From: Lama glama
Taxonomy: Eukaryota
Direction: 5' to 3'
DNA length: 64,000 bases
Assembly (NCBI GenBank): GCA_028534125.1
Contig: CM052832.1
Coordinates: forward strand, 14,820,001-14,884,000
A model generated the notes under the pieces. The model was not told the DNA's origin, ran no database searches, and saw only the letters and a program-made list of their open reading frames with translations. Each line of letters starts with the position of its first letter. The first letter of the stretch is position 1. The position numbers and the translations under genes are program-made. Of this stretch, positions 51,404 to 64,000 are shown one piece after another.

Positions 51404-53434
51404 TAATGCATCCTGTGTATTATCCGGGTGTTGGGGTAGGATCTCTGGTTTCAGCCCTCACTGGGGCTCAGCCCTTGGACATGCCGAGGTGACCAGGAAA
51501 GAGCCTTGAGTTTTTGTTTGTTTTTTGGAAAGAGCTTTGATTTTGATCTCACATCGTCTCCAGCTGGAGTCCTTTGTGCTTCTTGCTTTATGCACGAATG
51601 GGTACTAGGAGGAAGGCCCTCTGGGGTCACAGAAGACTTTAGTTGAGAACCTCTAGAGCAAAACTGAAAACTTCTAGGAAAGCAATGTGTTATTTTGTGG
51701 TTGTGTTCCTGTGTGATAAGCTGCTTGCGGGCAGGGCCCATTCACATCACCTTTGTTGTTTTCTTACTGCAAAAATAGTGCAGAAACTTGCTTTTAAATA
51801 TTTGCATTGACTGGAACAACAGAGGTGTGTTCAACAAATGTTGAGTGTTAATGGTGTGCCAGACATGATTCTAAGGGCTGGGAGGAGGGGAGTAGTGTAC
51901 ATAAGAGACAACAGGCCCTTCTCTTATTGAACTTGTATTTTAGTAGTAGGAGTGGATAAACAAAAATAAGTATGTATTATGTCCATGGTGTGGGTGCTCC
52001 AGGGAAAAATTAAAGTAGGGGTGTGTGTGTGGCAGTTTTCAATAGGATTTTTCAGGGAAAGTCCTGTGGAAGTGAGATAGGAGCAAACGTGTGAAGGTGG
52101 TGAGGCTACCTGGGGGAAGAGCACTCCAGACGAAGGGCCTGTGGGGATGGAACCTGGTTTGTTAAACAGTAGAAGATAGTGGGAGAGTCGGATGAGAATG
52201 TAGGTCTCCTGGCTCTGTGGGCTGGGCTAGGGCTTGGGATATTACTCTGGAATGTGATGGGGAGCCATTCAACTTGTATAAAAGAGACTCTCCTTGTTGC
52301 AGAAGCAGTTATTGTCACATAAAACCAAGGTGTAAAAGGGAATTTTGACTGACTCCTTGCCTCCTTTGTCATGCCTGATTGATTCTTCATATGTGAAGTA
52401 GAAGTGAGCCCTTGACCTAAATACCTTGTATAGGATAGTAAGGATGAATTCCTCCAGTAAACAGGTTCTCAGTTCAGAGAAAGTTAGTAGTTGCTCTTCC
52501 TAGAAGTCACACCTTAAGGAGAATTGGTCAGAGAATTATTCTCCAGAGGGTGTGACAGTTGGGCCTTGGGTCTCCAAGTCAGGGGGGTGGGACAGGGAGT
52601 GAGCATTTCAGGTGAAAGATTGGTATGGAGATGCAGCAGCTTGCTGGTCAAAAGGGCGAGGTGGGGAGCAGACCAGAGCCTACAGCAGGTATGGTCGGAA
52701 ATGAGCCAAAGGGAGGCTCCCACTTGAGAGAGATTTCCTGAAGCTATATTCACTGTTAGCCTTGCCCCTGCCACCACCGCCTGTCCCCCAAATGTGAGTC
52801 GTAAAATTTCCTAGTGGCCACACTTAAAGCAGACAAAAGTATGTGGGTATTAATTTTTAATCCAATATTTTAAAGTGTTGCCTTAATAATGTAATCCATA
52901 TAAATGTTAGTGAGATATTTTGCATTCTCTTAAGCTTTGAAATCTGGTAGGTATTTTGCACACATCTCAGTTTGGACTAGTGGCTGCCGTACAGGGCAGA
53001 ACAGCACTAGATCTTTCATCTTGTTTGCCACTTTGCCATGATCGTGATACAATTGCTTTTTTTGCTTCTGTGGGCCCTTTATCTCTTAGTTCTTCCTTCA
53101 TTGAGCTCCCTCTGTGAGCTAGGTGAGGGTAGTTTGGAGCCATATAAGAAGGGCACATAATCCAGACTTTGTGGTCAAGGCAGCCTTCCTGGAGGGGCCA
53201 ACAGTTTGGACTGTGAGTTTTGAAGGGTGACTTAAGGAAGGCTGCCCACAGGAGAGGGAGGAGGCGAATATGGCTCAGAAGATGTTTTCCCACTGCAGGG
53301 TGTAATTTACTTGTACTTCATGGGGTATCTTTGCTGACATGGCTTTTTCTGCAAGATTGGATCAGGTGACTTGTCTGCCCTTGTTCTGTAGTAAATTAGA
53401 TCGTAAGAATCTACGTCGATGTTTCTCATTCCAG

Positions 53435-53490
53435 CTGGTGCCGACAAGAAGGCCGAGGCCGGGGCCGGGTCAGCAACCGAATTCCAGTTT
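53435..53490 (+). CDS. RPS10: eS10 coding exon 4 (gene exon 5)
   Basis: tttctcattccag|CT GGT GCC GAC AAG AAG. Encodes (P)GADKKAEAGAGSATEFQF. 56 nt; donor GTAAGT, phase 0. Confidence 0.98.
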
Positions 53491-54288
53491 GTAAGTATCC
53501 TCTTTTGCTCTTCATTAGAGTCACTGTTTGGTCCCAGCCCTTGAGGTTGCACATAGAGGGATGCAGTATAGTGTGGGTCTCACCTCTCTTCCCCCTCCCC
53601 CCCCACCACAAATTCCAAATAGGTTTTTACATTAAGCCACAGTATGCAGATTTCTGTAAATATATATATATAAATTACTGAAGTGAGTCGCACAGATTCT
53701 CCATGAGGTATCTGTTTCATTAGTGATCGTAACACCCCTGGATTAGTTTCATGAACCAAAATTTAGGATTGAGAACTGAACACTGGAGATTGAGTGGGCT
53801 CTCTACCTCAGGTGGTGTGATCTTGGGCAGGTGCCTATATGTGCCTCAGTTTCCTCATCTATAAAGTAGAGCTGATGGTCTTAGCTATCACAAGGTTATT
53901 GTGAGATTAGTTAATCCGGGTAAAGTGCTCAGCACAGGGACGGTGTATCACCATGGGGGTAGCTACTGTCCTGTGGCAGGTCTTCACAGTACATGATTGT
54001 TCTCTGAGGTCTTGTTTGTGAAAAGGAGATATGTGTGGCAGGCACAAGATTGTGCCTCGTGCCAGGTGCTTCCATGTGTGTATATACATGAGCTCACTCT
54101 TGAGTGGGTGTCCGTATTCCCAGTGAGGAAAACGGGCATAGGAGGTGGATGTGGCCCCATATCCAATAGGAGACAGGGTGGGATTTATGGCCTGGACTCA
54201 GCCTTTACATTTGGGGTCCTCTCCAGTGATAATGAGGCTTGTTGCCTGGCATACTGCTAATGTTGACATCATGTGCTTTCTCTTGCAG

Positions 54289-54330
54289 AGAGGCGGATTT
54301 GGTCGTGGACGTGGTCAGCCACCTCAGTAG
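54289..54330 (+). CDS. RPS10: eS10 terminal coding exon (gene exon 6)
   Basis: ctttctcttgcag|AGA GGC GGA TTT. Encodes RGGFGRGRGQPPQ then TAG. Exon sum 150+172+78+56+42 = 498 nt = 165 aa plus stop. Confidence 0.98.
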   Translation, partial: RGGFGRGRGQPPQ

Positions 54331-54355
54331 AGTTGGAAGAGATAGTTTTGTGTTG

Positions 54356-54361
54356 AATAAA
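54356..54361 (+). terminator. RPS10: RPS10 polyadenylation signal
   Basis: AATAAA 25 nt after the stop codon, with a downstream GU/U-rich tract (cttgtgtgccctgtttgtttg, ~54384-54405). Confidence 0.9.
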
Positions 54362-55432
54362 CCTGTAGCCAGAAAAGATTAATCTTGTGTGCCCTGTTTG
54401 TTTGCATTATGTAGCCTGAACAGAACAGTTTAAGGATAAGAATGTAAATGGAACAAGACTGGATTAGTTTTGGGAGTTGTCCTTATCCAGGGTGACATCA
54501 CTGATTGCTGTTAGAACTGCAATACTTGGCTTTGACTTAGGCCGTCATTCTTCCAGCACAAGCCTCCCTGTAGAGTCATATCCAGTGTGGTTTCCATTCT
54601 GGGAGGTGGTTGGAAAGCTGGGCATCTTCACCAGACCAGCCATGCTGGCTCAGCTCTGCACGGTGGGAAAGTTGCTATTATGTTGGTTCTAGAATGACTA
54701 ATTTTCAAAGTGCAGGGGTTACAAGAATCAAGGGGGAAAACAATGCACAGGAAGGAATATCTTAAAGGTACTGCCCAGCTGTCTGAAGACCCCTGGGATT
54801 TTTATCTTTCCATAATCAGAAGACCACCAGACAATTGAGAGTTCTTGCTGTTCAGGGCTCCTTGAAAAGGGGAAGTGTGCTGTCCAGTTTTCCTGGAGCC
54901 TGTCAGTGGTGACCCAGCCTATGGCATGAGTAAATGGACAAGAACAGTATGTCGAGAGTTTCCCCTTTGGGCCAAGTGCCATTTTGGTATAAGTACCAGA
55001 GGGGTTTGATGGGACCATTTCTGTGGTCCTGCACTATAAACACCGTATACCTGGCACAGTGCTAGGAAGTGGGCCTTGAAGGAGCAGCCCAATGAACTCA
55101 GGCACAAGCCTGCAGGCCGGTTTACTGGGTTGCAGGTCAAACCATGACTGCTGATGGTTGTAAATACGCACTTGGTGCTCAGGGGTCAAAGCTTTTGATG
55201 GAGCAGCTCGGCTAACCAGCAGGTCCACCGAGCTAAGGAAAACCAGCAAGACAGATAACCAATAGAAGTGGATCTTAAGGCATGTGGGAACTTGGGAATC
55301 ATGTTTGTGGGATACTATGGGCCAAGCATTGTATGGAAAGGAATGATAATTAGCCAAGTGAAGTTCATAACAAAAATCCTGATCTGTGCAAGTGGTTTTG
55401 AGCTAGTTGTAACTCTTATTTCAGTCCTGACA

Positions 55433-55465
55433 TGCAGTTATAATTTAGGCCACAAGGTGGCAGCC
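55433..55465 (+). promoter_or_regulatory. CTCF-binding motif with possible upstream module
   Basis: GGCCACAAGGTGGCAGC at 55448-55464, preceded by TGCAGT (55433-55438), which resembles the upstream zinc-finger 9-11 module. Confidence 0.65.
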
Positions 55466-57271
55466 GACAGCAGCCCTGAATGTGCACTTAGTCCTGGGAG
55501 GTGAGCTTTGTATTCTGAACCACCAATAAGTAGAAGCTTTCTTTGGCAGAAAGAGGTGGTGTTTGGGGAATGTGTTTCAGAGCGGCCTTGGCTGCCTTGC
55601 CAAAGATTGCTTTTTATCCAATTTTTTTCCTGGCTCGAGTGATGTCAAGTGGTTTGCTTGTGTTTTTGCACGCCTTGTGATTGTTTAACCTGGATTCTAC
55701 TGTGAAACGTCAGCTCCCAGCCTTTCTGTTTCCCACCAAGGCCAGTGAGCAAATAGATGGGTTTCTTCGATAGCCTTGGTGATTTTCTGGCCCTAAAACG
55801 TCGCTTTTTTAGCTAGGGCTTTTTGCCAGCTCTTTCCCTCATGATTTAAATTAGTTCTAGGATGTGTTCTCTAGGATTACCTGGGGACTCGGTAGGCAGT
55901 TGAAGGTGGTTCTTGCTGTCTGCTCGCCCCCTCCCCCTGCCTTGGTAGACTGAATAGCCCTTGCCAATCAATAATCATTGATTAGCTGCTCAGGGATCAG
56001 TGCTGTTAAGTGCTCTGGGAAACAGAAGGCTCAAAATTTATCTTCAAGGACCTCACTGTCTAGTTAGGAAAACAAAACCAAAGCTATATTTTGAGCATAT
56101 AATGTCAAATACCGTGTAAGAAGGGAAAGATCCTCCTGCCTCAGCCCGTTCTTCCACCTTGCTTTGTGCTGCCGTTAACTTCCTCACAACCAATGCAGTC
56201 CCTCCTTAAGAGGTACCCTGCCTCTAGCTTTGCCCTGATTTCAAGTACTCTGTACACCTGAGCCACTGTTGTTTTTCCGAAACATGTGAATGAGGTACTC
56301 ATCTTAAAGTCCTTTGAAAATTCCATGTTGCCTTCTAGAGTCTTCTAGAATCTAGACAAATGCCAGAATGCTTGCATGGCCTAACAGGTCCATCACAGTT
56401 TCACATCTGCCTACCAACACAAGGTTCCAAATTCCAGAATCCAGCACAATTTATGCTCTTTCTCAGCTTCAGGCCTTTTTTTTTTTTTTTTTTTTTTTTT
56501 TGCATGAGGTGTTCTATACACGTGGAAAGTCTCCCACCATCACCCACTTGGGGCTCTTGTTCATTCTTCAGATCAAGTATCACCTTTCCTGACAGAACTC
56601 ACCCTACTTCAAATTCTGGTTAGGTGTTCCTCTTCTCTTAGCTTTAGCAGGCCGTGTGGGAACTACTCAGACATTTGTCCATTTTCTGTCTGACACAGCC
56701 TCGCTCTGGGGGCCTAGCTCAGTGCCCCACACAGTAGCTCCTTTGTAATTGTTCACTGCATGAATGATGTCCTGGAAGGAGCTATCTCTGGGAAGCTGTC
56801 CCTTTCTGTAGAAAGAACACTGATGCAAAAAAAAAAAGGAAAAAAAAAAAAAAACCCAAGCCAAAAAAATCTTTGCAGGAGCCTAAATTGGGAATGCAAA
56901 AGTGCCTGTGACACCTGACTGTGGAGGTTCTGCCAGAGTTAGGGGAGCAGACCTAGAAACATACACTGTATGGTAAGTTGCCCGGCGGCTATGGTTGGAA
57001 CTTAACTGGTAGCTTCTGGGGAGAAGGGGGAGCAAGCATTATCAAGAGAAAATCCTCCCATGGTGGGTCACTGTGATCATCTGAGCTGAATCTTACAGTT
57101 TGGACTGAAACAGCATGAGGCAATAATGGTTGCTGGCCCAGGCGGGGTCCCACAGAGGAACTGGAGAAGCCTGGGTCTTCCTTCAAGTCAAGGAGTTTGT
57201 GTTATTTTTATTCTTTCACTTTTTTTTGAAGCTTTGTTGAGGTATAATGGACATACAATAAAGTGCACATA

Positions 57272-57945
57272 CAGGCATACCTCAGAGATGTCACGGGTTC
57301 AGTTCCAGACCACTTCAATAAAGCAAATACTGCAGTAAAATGAGTCACGCAAACTTTTTGGTTTCCCAGTGCATATAAAAGTTATTATTATACCATACTG
57401 TAGTCTATTAATGTGCAAGTGTTTATGTCTAAAAAAAGTACATATCAATTTTAAAATGCTTTATTGCTAAAAAATGCTAACCATCATTGAGCCTTCAGTG
57501 AATTGTAGTAGTGACATCAAAGATCACTGATCACAATAGATAAACAACAAGGTCCTGTTGTATAGCACAGGGAACTATATTCAATACCTTGTAATAGCCT
57601 ATAATGAAAAAGACTATGAAAAGGAAAAAAATATATATGTATAACTGAATCACTGTGCTAAACACCAGAAATTAACATAACATTCATTGTAAACTGACTA
57701 TATTCAATTTAATATTTAAAAAATTGTTTAAAAAAGAGCACTGATCACAGATCACCACAACAAATTTAATAATAATGAAAAAGTTTGAAATATTGTAAGA
57801 ATTACCAAAATGTGTCACAGAGACATGAAGTAAGCAAGTACTATTGGAAAAATGGTGCCGATATTGTTCAATGCAGGGTTGCCACGGACTTTCAGTTTGT
57901 AAAATACGCAGTGTCTGCAAAGCTCAATAAAACAAGATATGCCTG
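57272..57945. mobile_element. Internally deleted Tigger1 (TcMar) DNA transposon
   Basis: TA|CAGGCATACCTC...GATATGCCTG|TA terminal inverted repeats with TA duplication. Left end matches the Tigger1 terminus (gttccagaccac...aataaagc...tttttggtttcccagtgcatataaaagtt). Confidence 0.88.
57536..57732 (+). mobile_element. Truncated L1 3' end inserted in the Tigger1 derivative
   Basis: atagataaacaacaaggtcctgttgtatagcacagggaactatattcaatacc... Duplication AAAGATCACTGATCACA (57519-57535) / AAAGAGCACTGATCACA (57733-57749). Confidence 0.88.
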
Positions 57946-60073
57946 TATTTAGAATGTACAATCTGATAAATTTTGACATATGTGCTCAAGAAATCAAGAT
58001 AATGAACACGTCTCTGACTCAAAGTTTCCTTTTGTTAGTTTATAATCCCTCACCCCACTCCTAGTCTTTCTAAGTGATCTTTCTGTCAATATAGGTTAGT
58101 TTGCATTTTCTAGAGTTTTATGTAAATATAAGTATACAGTAAGTGCTCTCTTACAGACTGTCTTTTTTAACTTAGCAAGATCATTTAGCAATTCATCAAT
58201 GTCATTTCATGGACCAATTGTTCCTTTTTATTGCTGAGTAGTATTCTGCTGTATGAATATACTACAATTTTTAATCTATTTACCTGTTAGTGGGCATTTG
58301 AGTTATCTCCAGTTTTTGGCTGTGGTGACTAATGTTGTTGTGAACATTCTTGTTCGTTTGTGTGGACATACATTTTCAGTTCTCTTGGGTATATTCCCAG
58401 GAATGGAGTTGCTGGGATGCATAGTAACTCTCTGGTTAACATTTTGAGGACCTGTCAAACTGTTTTCCAAAGTGGCTGCCCCTTTTTACACTTCCCACCG
58501 GCAGTTTATGAGTTTCAGTTACTTTCGTCTTCACCGATACTTGGTCTGTGCAGTCTTTTTATTTTAGCCCTTCTAGTAGGTGGGAAGAGTTTGGATTTTA
58601 TCCTGTAGGTTGATAGTGAGCCAGTTAACAATATTAAGGTGAGGACTGATGTGACCAGGAGTGCTGGATGCTTGGCAAATACTTGAACGCCCACTGCAGG
58701 AAATAGTAAACTGAATCTGAGTCTGTGCAGTGACCACACTGGGGCACTGAGTGGTCATGGGTAAACCACTCAGTCAATAGTGACCACAATACACATTCAG
58801 CCTGCTAATGGGAAAGGGAGGGGGGAAAATCCATCATTTGATTGCTCAGTTTTAGAAAGGGAAACTAGGACAGAATGAGGGCATTAAGGGGGGAGAAATG
58901 AAAGGAATTGTTTAAAAAGTTACAGCCCGTAGAAAGCCTGGAGCCCATTTCTATTTAAAAGTGCTTTATTGGAAGCCCGTGATAAATGCATGGCACAAAT
59001 CCAGAAGAACAGCCACTTGAAAAATAAGCCCTGCATAGTTTACTGACATATCAAAGAGGCCATTGTGAGGGAAAGGGCATCTTTAAAAATAAATAAATAT
59101 TAAATGGGAGAGGATAACCAAGCCGAGGGAATAAAGAGACCTCAAATTGGGGCAAAACTTGTGAAAGCTATGAATCAAATGGCATTAAAAAAATTCTGTA
59201 GTGTACCAGCAAGAAATGTCAAAGTAAATTGTTCTAGTTTATTTAAGCACATGAAAGGCAGGAGGTCAGTTTGAGAATCTAAGGTCATCAGTTCATTAAT
59301 GTGCAAAGAGTGTACAGGGGAATGAACAGTCAGATGACTCGGTGACATCTTTGCCTCCATCAAAGATGGAGATTTTCCCCTTCTGTTAAAAGAAAAAATT
59401 TTTATTATGGAAGATTTCAAACACAATGAGATAAACATATGAGTGTAATAAACAACCACTGAGCTTCAATAGTCATCAACATTCTGCCATTCTCGTTACA
59501 TTAATCCCTATACTCCTAACTTATTTTTTTAAAGTCAAATTTATTGAAGTAATTTACATGCAGTAAAATTTACCCTTTTCAGAAATACAGTTCTGAGTTT
59601 TGAGAAACATATAGGCATGTAACTACCACAACAGTGAAGCTATAGACCCTTTCCATCACCCTAAAAAGGTCCCCCTTTGTGGTCAACACCCTGACAACCA
59701 GTGTCCTTGGTCTCTGTAATTTTGCCTTTTCCAAAATATCAGATAAATGGGGCCATACAGTATGCCCTCTTTTTTTTTTTTTCCTTCTTCATTTTTTTGT
59801 GTTTCTAGTTTCTTTTTTGTTGTTTTTCTCAGTATGTCCTCTTTTGTGTCAGGCTTCTTTTTCTCAGCATATTGTAAGATTTATCTATGATGTTGCCTGT
59901 ATCAGTAGTTTACTCCTTTCTATTGCTGAGTAGTAGTCCATTGTGTGGATGTACTACGGTTTGTTTTTTCATTTTGATTTTCTCTATACAGGTATTTTGG
60001 GTACCACTGACATTGAAATATACAAACTCTAACTCCACCCTTTTGACAAATGGATATAACTATGTAACTCACT

Positions 60074-60647
60074 TGCCTAAAAGAGAAAAGCAGCCCCTGA
60101 CATCCAGGGAACCGGCCCCACCCTTACAGCTAGGCCTTGGCATGCTGAAAATTGGCCTGGTGCTCACAGTGAGGCCATGTCATTCTCCTGTTGGATATAA
60201 ATAAAGTCGTCAAACATCAGCATCAGACAAGGTGACTGTGACTCTGATAAAGGAGACAAAAAACCAAGACCACTTTATAATCTTGTCCAAGCAGAGACAA
60301 AAACAAGTTCACTATGCAAACCACTAATATAACACCCCCCTTTTCCAGCTATCAGGGACTGCTTCTCTACCAGTTATGGCATTAGCCATATTCATTCCTC
60401 CCTCGTTCTAGGAAAGATTTTTTTAAGATACACAATCATAGAATTACCTTGCTTCCTGACAGCATCCAATCTAGAACAAAGCCCTGTTTCCTTAAAATCT
60501 TCCCCAAATCACCTAAGTAATTTTTAGCCTTCTTCCTGAGATACTCTATGCTTCTGCATAGTAAGTCTTGTCCCTCATTGCGAGGAAAAAAAAAATCCCA
60601 ACTTGTTTACAGGTACATGCTTGGTTTGTAACTGAAAGGCATTGACA
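60074..60647 (+). mobile_element. ERV1-class solo LTR interrupting an L1
   Basis: TG...CA-bounded ~570-bp non-L1 insert. L1 text resumes across it (tatgtaactcac | cccatcaagatacagaacattt). Family not assigned. Confidence 0.6.
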
Positions 60648-60822
60648 CCCCATCAAGATACAGAACATTTCACTTTTCCCATAAAATTCTCTTATGTCTC
60701 TTCCCAGTTAATCCACCTGCCTTCTCAGATGGACATTGGTGGTGTTTGGCCATTATGAATAAAGCTGCTGTGAAAATTTTGTGCAAGTCCTTTTGTGGAT
60801 ATAGGTTTTCATTTTTGCTAGG

Positions 60823-61312
60823 TGGATTAGTTTCCTATTGCTGCTGTAACAAATTCACACACACTTAGTGGCCTAAAACAACACAAATTTCTTCTTTCTT
60901 ACTGTTCTAGGGGTTAGAAGTTCCAAGTGGGTCAGCAGGGCTGTGTTCCTCCGGCCACCTTGGGGAGAATCTGTTTTCTTGCCTTCTCCAGCTTCTGGAA
61001 GCTGCCTGTATTCCATGCCCCTTCCAGCATCTTAAAGCCAGTATCTTTAAATCTTTCGCCCTCTGACCTCTACTTCTGTCATCACATCTTTTTCTCTGCC
61101 TCTGACTCCCCTGTCTCTCTTTCCCTTGTAAGAACCATTATGATTACACTGAGTTCACCCAGATAATGCAGGTTAATAATCCCCATCTCAAGATGCTTAA
61201 CTTAATCACATCTGCAAAGTCCCTTTCTGCATGTAAGGTAATGTATTCATAGGTTCTGGGAATTACAACATGGACATCTTGTGGGAGAGGGGACATTATT
61301 CTACCTACCATA
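60823..61312 (-). mobile_element. MLT1 (MaLR) solo LTR interrupting an L1
   Basis: tggattagtttcctattgctgctgtaacaaat...cttagtggcctaaaacaacac...cttaatcacatctgcaaagtccc...ctacctaccata. Confidence 0.82.
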
Positions 61313-64000
61313 CTTGGTAAACATACCCAGGAGTGGAATTGCTGGATTATTAGTTAGACAAGTGTTTAACTTGCCAAACAGTTCTCCAAAGTATTTGTAC
61401 CATTTTATATTCTCAACAGCAATGTTTGAGAGTTCCAGTTACTCAGCATCCTCTTCAGCATTTGCTGCTGTCAGTCCTTTTAACTTCAGCTATCTTAGAG
61501 ATCTAGTGGTATCTCATTGTAGTTTTAATTTGCATTTCATTGGTTACCAATGATGTTGAACACTTTTTCTTGTGCTTACTGATCATTTGTATATCTCAAA
61601 CGTGTCTTCTAGACTTGTCTGTTTATTTTCTTAATGTGTCTTTTGATGAGCAGGCTATAACTTTGATGAAATCCAGTTCATCAGGTTTTTCCTTTTATAG
61701 TTTGTGCTCTTGGTGGCCTCTAAGGAATTTTTACCTACTCTGAGGTCATGAAGATATTCTCCTATACTTTCTTCTAGAAGCTTTGTGAGTCTTGGTTTTA
61801 TGTTTAGGTCTATGATCATCTCAAATTATTTTTTGGTGTATGGAGTGATATAGAAGTCAAAGTTCATTTTTTAGCCAACACTTTATTATGAAAATATAGC
61901 ACTTGTAAAATTCTGTTCGGAATGTTATAGTGAACACTTATATTCCCACCACCTAGATTCTACCCTGAATGTTTTAGTAAACTTAATCACCTATCCATTT
62001 ATGCATCTATTCATATATCCATCCATCAATACATCTTATTTTTAAAATATATTTCCAAATAAATTGCAGACAATAGTACTCTACCCCCTAAATACTTCAG
62101 CATGTATATTATTAATTATAGATCAATATTATTTACACAAGTGAAATACACAAATCTTTAGTGTACTTTCACTGTGTTGTGACACTATGATCGTGTAACG
62201 CAAACCTCAGTTAAGATTTAGAATTTTACTATCATTACAGAAACTTCTCTTATTCCTTTTCCCAGTTAATCCTCATCTCTATACCCACAAAGCAACTATT
62301 GTTCTGGCTTTTTTTTCCCCCTCACCATACATTAGTTCTGCCTATTCTAGGACTTCGTATTATAGAATTATACAGTATGACTCTTGTGTAAAGGTTTTTT
62401 CACTCAGCATAATGTTTTTGAGATTCATCCGTGTTGATATGTGTATCATTAGTGTGTCCCTTTGTGGATAAATAACATTCTGTTGTCTAGCTATACTGTA
62501 GTTTGTCCGTCTATCCTTTTATTGATGGTCACCTGGGCTGTTGGCAATTTTTGGCCTTATGAACATTCTTATTCAAGTTTTTGTGGATATATATTTTTAA
62601 TTCCCTCAGGTAAATACCTAGAAGTGGAATTATTGGGTCACAGAATAGTTATATTTTTAACTTTTTGAGGAATTTTCAAACAAGTTTCAAAAGTGGTTGT
62701 ACCACTTTACATTTCTACCAACAAAGTATGTATGAGAGTTACAGTTGTTCCACATTCTCCCAACATTTGATGTTGTCAGTCTTTTTCATTTCAATATTTA
62801 AAAATTTAACCATTCTGGTATAATTCATGTGGTTTAAATTTGTATTTCCCTGATGACTCACGATGATGAACACCTTTGAAGTGTTTATTGGCCATTCCTC
62901 ATATCTTTTTTTGTGAAGGCTCTATTAGATCTTTCGCTCAATTTTTGAAAAATTAAACTTTATCAGTTATACTTCTGTGAAGCTGGAAAAAAAATTGAAC
63001 ACTCAAATTAAACCTTTAGAGATATTTGTAGATTTACATGCAGTTGTAAGAAATAATACAGAGACAGCCTGTGCACCTTTTCCCAGTTTCTCCCAGTGGT
63101 GTGTTGCAAAACTATATCTTGAAAGTAAAATCTTGCAAAACAATATCACAACCAGGATATTTATATTGATACAGTCAAGATAAAGAATATTTTCATCACC
63201 TCAAAGATCCCTCATGTTGCCTTTCTATAGCCATCTCCCACCTCAATACCTGCCTTAACCCTTGGCAACCAAAAATCTGTACTCCATTTCCACAATTTTG
63301 TTATTTCATAAATGTTATTTAAGTGGACCCATACAGTGTGCAACCTTTTGGTATTGGCTTTTTTCACTCAGCATAATTCTCTGGAGACCCATCCAGATTG
63401 TTTCATGTTTCAATAGTTTATTCCTTTTTATTTCTGAGTAGTATTCCATGGTATGAATGCACCACAGTTTGGTTAGCCATTCACCCACTGAAGGACATCT
63501 GAATTGATGCCAGTTTTAGGCTATTACAAGTAAAGCTGCCATAAACACATATGTACACATTTTTCAGAAAACATGAATCTTTATTTCCCTAGGATAAATG
63601 CCCAGGAGTACAATCTTCACCCTTTAGTATTGTTTTTACTTCCATGTATTTTGAAGCTGTTATTAGGTGCTTACATGTTTTTAATTGTTAGGTTTTCTTG
63701 ATATGCCTCTTTGTCTCTGATGAGATATTCCACTTCTGAATGAAAAAAATCCTGGTCAGATGAGAAGGGCTAGAACCTTATAGCAGTAAATATAGTGGCA
63801 TCGAAGTAGATGAAGGCATGGGCCAAAAACTGTGACTAACCCCAGTGGAAGGGATGAGTAAACATGTTTGACTTCCTGGATCTATTAAAAAATTTCCCCT
63901 TAGGCCTGCTGTGGGACTTGAAATATATTTATTAGAGCTTTACCCTACAGGACGTTTAGAAAATTGAACTTTTTTAGTAGAATGATGTATTTGTCAGGCC

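Larger units (their letters stand above)
59395..63720 (-). mobile_element. Dense cluster of nested antisense L1M fragments
   Basis: Repeated antisense L1 3'UTR/ORF2 motifs (ttttattgctgagtagtattcc; gttttaatttgcatttc; gtgtttattggccattc) in AT-rich sequence. Confidence 0.8.

Overview
Mammalian genomic DNA, most likely a camelid: four tRNA-derived SINEs resemble the camelid Vic-1 type, and there are short Cetartiodactyla-type L1 3' ends and an internally deleted Tigger1. The only protein-coding sequence I can support is a complete, intact RPS10 gene (ribosomal protein eS10) on the + strand. It has a non-coding TOP exon 1 at ~48404-48447, five coding exons from 49278 to 54330 (498 nt, 165 aa) and a poly(A) signal at 54356. 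About 20 kb upstream, a CpG island at ~28.0-28.6 kb carries a minus-strand non-coding first exon. By synteny with human 6p21.31 this is probably the PACSIN1 promoter, which would make 1-28 kb PACSIN1 intron 1, with a candidate alternative promoter (RFX X-box) at ~1.7-1.95 kb. The rest is interspersed repeat (L1, L2/MIR, MaLR, ERVL, ERV1 LTR, hAT and Tigger). Nearly all ORFs in the supplied track are chance ORFs or repeat remnants. I found no convincing novel multi-gene system. The most unusual observations are (1) a ~96%-identical 160-bp direct repeat, 1999 bp apart, bracketing the putative PACSIN1 promoter, (2) a polyadenylated LTR-like fragment apparently retrocopied by L1 machinery, and (3) divergent CTCF motifs flanking RPS10. 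Repeat subfamily names are from memory of consensus sequences, not from a search.
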